Below are positions 57,225 through 64,000 of a stretch of DNA of 64,000 bases, piece by piece. This stretch comes from an uncultured Actinomycetota bacterium. Lineage in GTDB: Bacteria; Actinomycetota; Actinomycetes; Mycobacteriales; QHCD01. The translations under genes were made by a program, and so were the position numbers. The stretch is taken from contig CAWHER010000001.1 in assembly GCA_963828605.1 (NCBI GenBank), forward strand, positions 696,318-760,317, in the 5' to 3' direction. A model generated the notes under the pieces. It worked only from the letters and a program-made list of their open reading frames with translations. It made no database searches and was not told the origin of the DNA. Position 1 is the first letter of the stretch; each line of letters opens with the position of its first letter.

Positions 57225-57826
57225 CCGACCGTCCCACACCCGTTCTCTGGGTCTGCGGTCCCCCGTGTGTCGGAAAGTCGACGGTCGGGTGGGAGATCTT
57301 CGCGCAGCTCACGGCGTCGGGAATCACAGCAGCATACGTCGACCTGGCACAGATCGGATTCTCCCGGCCGGTGCCGGATGACGATCCCCACAACCACCGG
57401 ATCAAGGCGCGCAATCTGGGTGCGATGTGGCCGACGTTCCAGGCCGCCGGGGCTCGCTGCCTGGTGATCTCCGGTGGTGTCGAAGACCGCGACGACGTCG
57501 CGCGGTACGCCGGCGCACTGCCCGGAACGGCGCTGACCCTCGTGCGGCTCCATGCCGGGCGAAGTCAGTTGGCGGAACGGATCCAGCGCCGCGGTCGGGG
57601 CGAGGGGCCGTCGATACCGGGCAACGAGCTGAAGGGGCGCAGCGCCGCATTCCTCGGCCGCTTCACGGAGCGGGCGATCGCGGACGCCGATGACCTCGAG
57701 CACGCGAAGCTCGACGCCCTGCGCGTCGACACGGACGGGCGATCGGTCGCGGACCTGGCGGCCACGGTGCGCACCCGGGCAGGCGGCTGGCCCGACCTCG
57801 CCCCGCTGCATTCCGCATCAACGTGA
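57221..57826 (+). CDS. P-loop NTPase / small-molecule-kinase-like protein, paralog 2
   Basis: (V)TDRPTPVLWVCGPPCVGKSTVGWEIF carries the Walker A motif, and the block DPHNHRIKARNLGAMWPT is present. There is a GTGA overlap with paralog 1. The last 6 codons and the stop lie inside repeat copy 3. Confidence 0.75.
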   Translation: MTDRPTPVLWVCGPPCVGKSTVGWEIFAQLTASGITAAYVDLAQIGFSRPVPDDDPHNHRIKARNLGAMWPTFQAAGARCLVISGGVEDRDDVARYAGALPGTALTLVRLHAGRSQLAERIQRRGRGEGPSIPGNELKGRSAAFLGRFTERAIADADDLEHAKLDALRVDTDGRSVADLAATVRTRAGGWPDLAPLHSAST

Positions 57827-57871
57827 CGTTGATGCGGCTAGAGCGCATGAACGTGACGTTCATGCGGAATG
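57809..57871. repeat. 63-bp nested-palindrome intergenic element, copy 3
   Basis: The sequence is CATTCCGCATCAACGTGACGTTGATGCGGCTAGAGCGCATGAACGTGACGTTCATGCGGAATG. It provides the stop codons of both flanking convergent reading frames. Confidence 0.9.
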
Positions 57872-58150
57872 GGCGGCGGCGTTGACTCCCGCCCAGAAGT
57901 CCAGCATCAAGGGTGGCGGCTCCGGTGAGGTGACCGCGCGTTGGGCGAACAGGATCCCGTCGCGGGCCAGGGGCGTGTGATCGGTGAAGGACGGCGTACC
58001 GACCGTGTCGACGTGCACGTCGTCGCCGCGCGCCACGAGGGTGACGAGCCCGGGAAGTCGACCGGCGGCGACATGGGCCGCCATCGAATCGTGTAGGCGA
58101 GCCAGGGCCTCCGTCGGGAGCGGGCCTGCGGATGTCTCGTCGCTGGTCAG
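57860..58150 (-). pseudogene. N-terminal remnant of a beta-lactamase-related serine hydrolase
   Basis: ALARLHDSMAAHVAAGRLPGLVTLVARGDDVHVDTVGTPSF is a typical N-terminus of the PF00144-type family. Where the SxxK motif is expected the sequence reads AVTS, and the frame stops after about 95 codons inside repeat copy 3. Confidence 0.5.
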
Positions 58151-58252
58151 TGTTCGGCTCCCGGATCATGTCATGTGGTGTAGACGTCGGGCCAGCCTCG
58201 AACTCATCGGCGCACCTTGTCAACGTTCGCGCCGCCGTCCGATCATGGCCCG

Positions 58253-59056
58253 ATGCGGATCGGCGACATCGACCTCCAGCCCATCTCCGACGGCACCTTC
58301 ATCGCGCGCCCGAGCTACTTCGGCGACCACATTGGACCGGACGCCCACCCGGAGCTCTTCTCCCGGCACCGGACCGCCTGGCTGCCGCTCGGCTGCTTCC
58401 TGATCCGTACGGCGGACAGCGTCGTCCTCATCGACGCGGGCATGGGACCGGACCAGGACGAACTACCGCACGGCATGCGTCTCGTCGGCGGCCAACTCCT
58501 CACCGGACTGCGCGCTCTCGGCGTCACCACCGGCGACATCACCGACGTCGTCTGCACCCATCTGCACACCGACCACGTCGGCTGGCTCTTCGCCCTCGAC
58601 ACCGCTCCGATCTTCCCGAAGGCGACGATCTGGTTCGGCAATGGTGACTGGCACCATTTCGTCACCGGGCCCGGCTACCTGCCCACCCACATCCGCGACG
58701 GGTTCCGCGCCCCGACGAACACCCCGGGCCTGCGCCCCATCGACCACGACACCAGCATCGCGCCCGGGGTCACCGCACTGCCCACGCCGGGACACACCCC
58801 CGGGCACATGTGCGTGGTGGTCTCGTCCGGTCAGGAACGCGCCCTCCTCCTGGGTGATGCCATCACCTGCCCCATCCAGCTCGACGAACCGACCTGGCAC
58901 TCCATCGGCGACGTCGACCCCGCACTGGCCGACCGCACCCGGGAACGCCTGTGGCGTGAGCTCGAAGGCGACCGCATCGTCGGCGTCGGCGCCCATTTCC
59001 CCGAACTCCGGTTCGGGCGCGTCCTGCGGGGAACCCCGCGACGCTGGATCGGCTGA
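58253..59056 (+). CDS. MBL-fold metallo-hydrolase (lactonase-like)
   Basis: It has the HxHxDH motif CTHLHTDHVGW, plus PTPGHTPGH and a later D...H. Confidence 0.85.
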   Translation: MRIGDIDLQPISDGTFIARPSYFGDHIGPDAHPELFSRHRTAWLPLGCFLIRTADSVVLIDAGMGPDQDELPHGMRLVGGQLLTGLRALGVTTGDITDVVCTHLHTDHVGWLFALDTAPIFPKATIWFGNGDWHHFVTGPGYLPTHIRDGFRAPTNTPGLRPIDHDTSIAPGVTALPTPGHTPGHMCVVVSSGQERALLLGDAITCPIQLDEPTWHSIGDVDPALADRTRERLWRELEGDRIVGVGAHFPELRFGRVLRGTPRRWIG

Positions 59057-59067
59057 TCGACCCAGGA

Positions 59068-59766
59068 CTACGCCGATTCCCGGCCCGCATCCGATGGGCG
59101 CGATCCCTCGTCGACGTCCACCGTCAACTTCCGCAGCACGTCGTATCCGAGAAAGGTGAACATGCGGGTGCCGACGGCCAGCGGCTGTGGCTCGCGGGCG
59201 AAGCGGTGCGCGCCGACGCCGTACCCCGCGTCCGGTTCGGACAGCCAGTGCAGGGTGAAGCCGCTCGCGCCGAGCCGGTCGCAGATCATCGGCACCCGGT
59301 CGGGAGTGCGACGGTGGCGGGTCCAGATCACGGTCCCGCCGTTCCTGCACAACTGGGCGCAGCAGTCGATGGTGCGCTCGATGTCCTCGTCGGAGATGTT
59401 GCCGAACACTCCGCAGGCCAGCACGAGGTCGGCCGGGACGAAACCGCGGTAGTGGTCGATGAGGGCGGCGTCGGCGGTCAGCACCTCCACCCCGTCCAGG
59501 CCGGCGGACCGGGCTGCCTCCGCCGCGGACGCCGCGTTTCCCGCGTCCAACTCCACCAGTCTCGCCCGGACGTCATCGCGTCGTGGGTGGTCGGCCAGTA
59601 CCTCGAGCAGGTCGCGCCCCTGACCGGCGCACATGCTCACGACCTGCAGCGGACCGGGCGGTCTGCTGTCCAGCGCGTCCCGGATCTGAGACTGAACCGC
59701 CTGAAGTCGCCGGGCCAGCCGCGAGCCGGGAAGGTCGTATTCGTCGTGCCAGGTCCGCCAGTCCAT
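59068..59766 (-). CDS. SAM-dependent methyltransferase-like protein
   Basis: It has a motif I-like sequence VVSMCAGQGRDLL, an acidic residue in LVELD, and VFGNISDED. Confidence 0.6.
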   Translation of the reverse strand: MDWRTWHDEYDLPGSRLARRLQAVQSQIRDALDSRPPGPLQVVSMCAGQGRDLLEVLADHPRRDDVRARLVELDAGNAASAAEAARSAGLDGVEVLTADAALIDHYRGFVPADLVLACGVFGNISDEDIERTIDCCAQLCRNGGTVIWTRHRRTPDRVPMICDRLGASGFTLHWLSEPDAGYGVGAHRFAREPQPLAVGTRMFTFLGYDVLRKLTVDVDEGSRPSDAGRESA

Positions 59767-59859
59767 TGCAGAACCCTATGGCGACGGGAGCCCGGCGGGC
59801 GACCCAGTAACGGTCCGTCGACGTCGGTTCGGGCAATCACGGTGTGAGAGCGTCTGAGC

Positions 59860-60504
59860 ATGGATGCTGTCGACGTGGACGCCTCTGGACCCTCAGACCC
59901 GCAGCAGCGGGCGGGATACCGGCGATCGGCGGGATCGCCGCGCGGCGAGGCCCGGCGCCGGGAACTGCTGGAACGGGTCACCGACGACCTCGCCGCAAAC
60001 GGCCTGGTGGACTTCTCGCTACGGCGGGCCGCGCGGGCGGCGGGCACCACCCACAAGGTGCTGCTCTACCACTTCGACGGAGTCGACGACCTGCTCGTGC
60101 AGGCCGTCCTCCGACTGCGGGAGCGGCGCACCGGACGCGCCCTGGCCGCCGCCACCCGGGGACCGGCGCGCCGGTCGCTGGCAGACCGGGTGCACGCGAT
60201 GTGGCCCGTTCTCGTCGGTGAGGAGGCACGCGTGCTCGACCAGGCGATCGGCCTGGCGATGTACGACCCCGAGCACTACGCGGCACTCGCGCGGGAGGCG
60301 TCGCAGCAGTACCTGCCCACGCTGCAGTCCCTGTGTCCGGAGGCGTGGTCCGACCGGCGCAAACTCGAGGTCGCCGAGATGATCCTCGCGGTGCTCCGCG
60401 GCTTCCTGGTGGACTGGCGGACCAGCGGCGACGCTCCCGGGATCGACGCGGGGTTCGCCGCCCTGATCCGCGCGCTGGAACGCGAGGAGGCCGCCCGCGG
60501 GTAA
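59860..60504 (+). CDS. TetR/AcrR-family transcriptional regulator
   Basis: The N-terminal HTH is FSLRRAARAAGTTHKVLLYHF. Confidence 0.85.
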   Translation: MDAVDVDASGPSDPQQRAGYRRSAGSPRGEARRRELLERVTDDLAANGLVDFSLRRAARAAGTTHKVLLYHFDGVDDLLVQAVLRLRERRTGRALAAATRGPARRSLADRVHAMWPVLVGEEARVLDQAIGLAMYDPEHYAALAREASQQYLPTLQSLCPEAWSDRRKLEVAEMILAVLRGFLVDWRTSGDAPGIDAGFAALIRALEREEAARG

Positions 60505-60577
60505 CCGTCCTGGACATCATGCGAACCGCGTGGTTCACTTTGTGGAGAGCGTCAATCTGAACCACTCGGAGGTCGGC

Positions 60578-61537
60578 ATGCGGGTCCCCGTGCAGCGGGA
60601 GAAAGTCCGGTTCGCCAGCGGCGACACCGAGTGCGTCGGATGGCACTATCCGGGGACCAACGGCGCCTGCGTGATCATGGCGGCCGGCGGTGGGGTGACC
60701 AAGGAGCCGGGTACCGACCGGTTCGCCGGGCGCTTCCAGGAGGCCGGGTTCGCCGTACTCGCCGTCGACTACCGCCGCCTCGGGGAGAGCGGCGGGCAGC
60801 CGCGGCAGATCGTGAACATCGCCGAGCAACTCGCCGACCTGCAGGCCGCGATCGCCTTCGCCGCGACGCTGCCGGACGTCGACCCGGGCCGGCTCGCGAT
60901 CTGGGGCTTCTCCCTGTCCGGCGGCCACGCCATCCGGGTCGCGGCCCGCAACCCGGCGCTCGCGGCCGCGATCGTGCAGACACCGCTCGCCGACGGCCCG
61001 GCCGCATCGCGGGCGGCGATGCGCTACTCCACGCCGCTCGCGATGCTGCGGCTCACCGGGCGCGGCATCCTCGATCTGCTCGGCGGTCTCGTCGGCCGGC
61101 AGCCCCTGCTGGTGCCGCTCGCCGGTGCACCGGGCACGGTGGCGATGCTCTCCACGCCCGACGGCCTCGACGGCGACCGGGCTCTCAACCCCGGCAAATC
61201 CTATCCCGACTGGCAGCAGGAGATCGCCGCCCGCTCCACACTCGGCATCGGCTACTACCGGCCCGGCCGGGACGCGTCCCGCGTCCGATGCCCGATGCTC
61301 GTCGTCGCCTGTGACCAGGACCAGTCGGTGCTCCCCGGCCCCGCCGTACGCGTGGCCCGGCGGGCGCCGGGAGCGGAGCTGGTCCGCCTCCCCGGCGGGC
61401 ACTACGCGCCATTCCTGGACGCGCACGAGGCGGCGGTCGAGGCCGAGCTGTCGTTCCTGCAGCGGCACCTGGTCGATCGGTCGCCGACGGATCGCCCGGC
61501 CCCCGCCGAAGCCCTGCCCACCGGCGGTCGGGCATGA
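60578..61537 (+). CDS. alpha/beta hydrolase
   Basis: The nucleophile elbow is GFSLSGG. The RBS GGAGG precedes the ATG at 60578. Confidence 0.8.
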   Translation: MRVPVQREKVRFASGDTECVGWHYPGTNGACVIMAAGGGVTKEPGTDRFAGRFQEAGFAVLAVDYRRLGESGGQPRQIVNIAEQLADLQAAIAFAATLPDVDPGRLAIWGFSLSGGHAIRVAARNPALAAAIVQTPLADGPAASRAAMRYSTPLAMLRLTGRGILDLLGGLVGRQPLLVPLAGAPGTVAMLSTPDGLDGDRALNPGKSYPDWQQEIAARSTLGIGYYRPGRDASRVRCPMLVVACDQDQSVLPGPAVRVARRAPGAELVRLPGGHYAPFLDAHEAAVEAELSFLQRHLVDRSPTDRPAPAEALPTGGRA

Positions 61538-62382
61538 GCGAGATCGAGCTGTCCGCCGGGACGGTCGAGTACGACGACTCCGGCGGCGACGGGCCGGTCA
61601 TCGTGCTGCTGCACGGGCTGATGATGGACTCCTCGCTCTGGGACGAGTCGATCGCCGATCTGTCCGTCGACCACCGGTGCGTGGCACCGACCCTGCCGCT
61701 CGGCGCGCACCGCCGCGCGATGCACACCGACGCCGAGCTGTCGCTGCCCGGGATCGCCCGGCTGGTCGCGGAATTCCTCGACCGCCTCGATCTGCGGGAC
61801 GTCACTCTCGTCGGCAACGACACCGGCGGTGCGCTCGTCCAACTGCTGATGTCCGAGGGCGCCGAGCGCGTGGGTCAGGTCGTGCTCGCCTCGTGCGACG
61901 CGTTCGACAACTTCCCGCCCGGGCTGACCGGCAAGACGCTGGTGCTCGCCGGCCGGCTCTCACCCCGGCTGTTCGGCGTGGTCATGCAGCAGATGCGGCT
62001 GCGGATGGTCCGCCGGCTCCCGATCGCGTTCGGGTGGCTGACCAAGAGGGGCGACGCCGCCACCGCCCGGTGGATGGCGCCGGTCCTGACCCGGCCCGAG
62101 ATCCGTCGCGACGCCGTACGCGTCCTTCGGTCAGTGGCGGCCGACCCGCACCTCCTGCTCGACGCCGCCGAGCACCTGCCGACCTTCACCCGTCCCGCCC
62201 TCGTCGTCTGGGCCGGCGAGGACCGCGTCATGCCGCCCGAGCACGGCCGGCGCCTCGCCGGTCTCCTCCCCCACTGTCGGCTCGTCGAGGTGGACGACAG
62301 CTACACGCTCATCCCCCTGGACCAGCCGGCGGAGCTCGCCCGGACCATCCGGGAGTTCACCCGCGCATCCGAACCTGCGTAG
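61534..62382 (+). CDS. alpha/beta hydrolase (Asp-nucleophile type, haloalkane dehalogenase / epoxide hydrolase-like)
   Basis: It contains VLLHGLMMDSSLW and GNDTGG, with Asp at the nucleophile position. There is an ATGA overlap with the upstream hydrolase gene. Confidence 0.75.
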   Translation: MSEIELSAGTVEYDDSGGDGPVIVLLHGLMMDSSLWDESIADLSVDHRCVAPTLPLGAHRRAMHTDAELSLPGIARLVAEFLDRLDLRDVTLVGNDTGGALVQLLMSEGAERVGQVVLASCDAFDNFPPGLTGKTLVLAGRLSPRLFGVVMQQMRLRMVRRLPIAFGWLTKRGDAATARWMAPVLTRPEIRRDAVRVLRSVAADPHLLLDAAEHLPTFTRPALVVWAGEDRVMPPEHGRRLAGLLPHCRLVEVDDSYTLIPLDQPAELARTIREFTRASEPA

Positions 62383-62602
62383 CGCCCGTGAGCGGGTCGA
62401 TGGGGCGCGGCGGCCGGCGCCTGGCGACATCGTGCGTCCTACTCGCCGATCTGACTCCAGAATGCGAGTACGGCGCACGATGATGCCCGCATGTCGCGCG
62501 ACGGCGAGCTAGGTGACGCGGGAACGGTCCGACAGCCGCCGCCCGTCGGGACCGGTGCATGATCATCCGGAGCCCCCGACAATGTAGAGGCAGGCATACC
62601 CG

Positions 62603-63550
62603 ATGTCCGTTGCGCGGCCCGGCCCATCTCGCCGTGCTGTATTGGTCGCGGCTGCTCTCCTGCCACTGGCGGGGTGCGGGGCGCGCGGCCGCTCGGCATC
62701 CCCGGCGTCTCGCACGTCGCAGCACCCCCCTCCGAGCCCCGCGGCACCGGGGCGCCGCACTCCCCGGGCTGCTGACAATCCACGGTTCGCGGCGCTGGAA
62801 CGCCGGCACAGTGCCCGTCTGGGCGTCTACGCGCTGGCGACCGCGACCGGAGCCACCGTCGCCTACCGTGCCGACGAACGGTTCGCCTTCTGCTCCACCT
62901 TCAAGACACTCGCCGTGGCGGCCGTCCTGCACCGACACCCGCTGAGTTACCTGGCCGAGCATGTCAACTACACCGCAGCCGACGTCAACTCCATCTCGCC
63001 GATCACCGAGCAGCACGTCGCCACCGGAATGACCATCGGGCAGCTGTGTGACGCCGCCATCCGCTACAGCGACGGCACGGCCGCCAACCTGTTGATGCAC
63101 GACGTCGGTGGTCCGGCGCAGTTGACCGCCTACCTGCGCGGACTCGGCGACACGATCAGCCGCATGGACCAGTACGAGCCGGAGCTGAACAGGAACCGTC
63201 CGTACGACCCGCGCGACACCACCACCCCGCGGGCGATCGCGGCCGACTACCGCCGACTCGTGCTCGGTGAAGCGCTGACCGCCGACAAACGGGCCCTACT
63301 CAAGGGCTGGCTCGAACGCAGCACCACCGGCGACAAGCGCATCCGGGCCAGCGCTCCCCGGGGATGGACGGTCGCGGACAAGACCGGCACCGGCGACTAC
63401 GGCAGAGCCAACGACATCGCGATCGTGTGGCCGGCCCACAGAGCTCCGCTCGTCGTCGCAATCATGTCCGACCGCTCCGGGTACGGCGCCCAGCCGAGCG
63501 ACGCCCTGATCGCCGAGACAACGACGCAGATCGTCGCCGCTTTCACCTGA
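62603..63550 (+). CDS. bla: class A beta-lactamase, Tat/lipoprotein-type signal
   Basis: The signal region has SRRAVLVAAALLPLAGC (twin-Arg plus lipobox). The catalytic motifs are STFK (SxxK), SDG (in place of SDN), EPELN (Glu166) and KTG. Confidence 0.9.
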   Translation: MSVARPGPSRRAVLVAAALLPLAGCGARGRSASPASRTSQHPPPSPAAPGRRTPRAADNPRFAALERRHSARLGVYALATATGATVAYRADERFAFCSTFKTLAVAAVLHRHPLSYLAEHVNYTAADVNSISPITEQHVATGMTIGQLCDAAIRYSDGTAANLLMHDVGGPAQLTAYLRGLGDTISRMDQYEPELNRNRPYDPRDTTTPRAIAADYRRLVLGEALTADKRALLKGWLERSTTGDKRIRASAPRGWTVADKTGTGDYGRANDIAIVWPAHRAPLVVAIMSDRSGYGAQPSDALIAETTTQIVAAFT

Positions 63551-63634
63551 CCGGCCCGGCCACCCGAGGCACGAGGGTGGGCTCGTGTCTGCGGGGCGGA
63601 ACCGGCGGCGGAGGGTGCCTGCGCCGTCAGCCGA

Positions 63635-64000
63635 TCAGAGCCGGACAGCGAGGTCGTCCGAGCGTCCGGCCGCGAGCCGGGGCCACTGGGAGATGGGCCG
63701 TCCGTCGATCCGCACATGCCCGTCGACCTCTTGTGGCCAGCCGGCGGGCGAGTCCTCCCACGGCTCCTGGCGTCCGTACGCGGTGAGGTCCATGAGCGAG
63801 TAGCTGTTGTCCATCGCCTCGACGCCGCGGCCGGTCGTCCAGTAGGTCTCGAAGACGCGGTCGCCGTCCCGCAGGTAGCACACGATGTGGAACAGTCCGA
63901 CCTGACGCCCGACGAGGAGCTCGTCGAGGGAGTCTTGTGCCGAGTACCACGGCATGTCCCAGCCCATGAAGTCGCGGTAGCGCACGCTCACGTCGTAGGG
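63635..64000 (-). CDS. DUF899-family thioredoxin-like protein; the 5' end lies outside the window (partial)
   Basis: FMGWDMPWYSAQDSLDELLVGRQVGLFHIVCYLRDGDRVFETYWTTGRGVE matches my recollection of the DUF899 C-terminal half. The frame is still open at the window edge. Confidence 0.6.
   Translation of the reverse strand, partial: PYDVSVRYRDFMGWDMPWYSAQDSLDELLVGRQVGLFHIVCYLRDGDRVFETYWTTGRGVEAMDNSYSLMDLTAYGRQEPWEDSPAGWPQEVDGHVRIDGRPISQWPRLAAGRSDDLAVRL

Noticed and set aside
59767-59859. Overlapping short palindromes (CGTCGACG, GACGTC) in the TetR / methyltransferase divergent region, considered as a TetR operator.
   Set aside because: They are only 6-8 bp and extremely GC-rich, so they are expected by chance in this composition. 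No longer dyad symmetry is present.

Overview
This is a high-GC (by eye about 70-73%) actinobacterial chromosomal segment. It is densely coding, and I saw no rRNA, tRNA, CRISPR array, transposase or integrase. About 55 protein genes can be supported.

Content from left to right:
- A partial secreted beta-propeller-repeat gene.
- A sugar ABC importer operon with a divergent DeoR regulator.
- A Tat-exported 5'-nucleotidase.
- A sulfatase / formylglycine-generating enzyme / LarA-like operon.
- An ADP-ribosylglycohydrolase fusion and a ribokinase, convergent with a LOG-Nudix fusion.
- A roughly 10 kb minus-strand operon for peptide uptake and hydrolysis. It runs divergently from a fused peptide-ABC ATPase and a hydroxyproline/opine-type catabolic operon, with a PucR regulator at the end.
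- A block of small-enzyme genes.
- A GntR-ABC exporter and a YcaQ/AlkZ-like glycosylase.
- An ECF sigma factor paired with a YCII protein.
- A hydrolase and class A beta-lactamase block at the right end.

The most interesting region is 46485-56504. It holds four translationally coupled minus-strand genes encoding about 3,340 aa of very large proteins. By eye they have no recognisable catalytic, secretion or phage signatures. A divergent pair of paralogous P-loop proteins sits next to them. The whole 11.4 kb block lies between two truncated genes and a 63-bp nested-palindrome repeat, which occurs three times in the window.

Two tight clusters of apparent frameshifts (20.6-23.5 kb and 51.6-52.5 kb) disrupt otherwise clearly coding genes. 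These are either real pseudogenisation or local assembly errors.

All calls come from reading the translations and recognising motifs. No database search was run.
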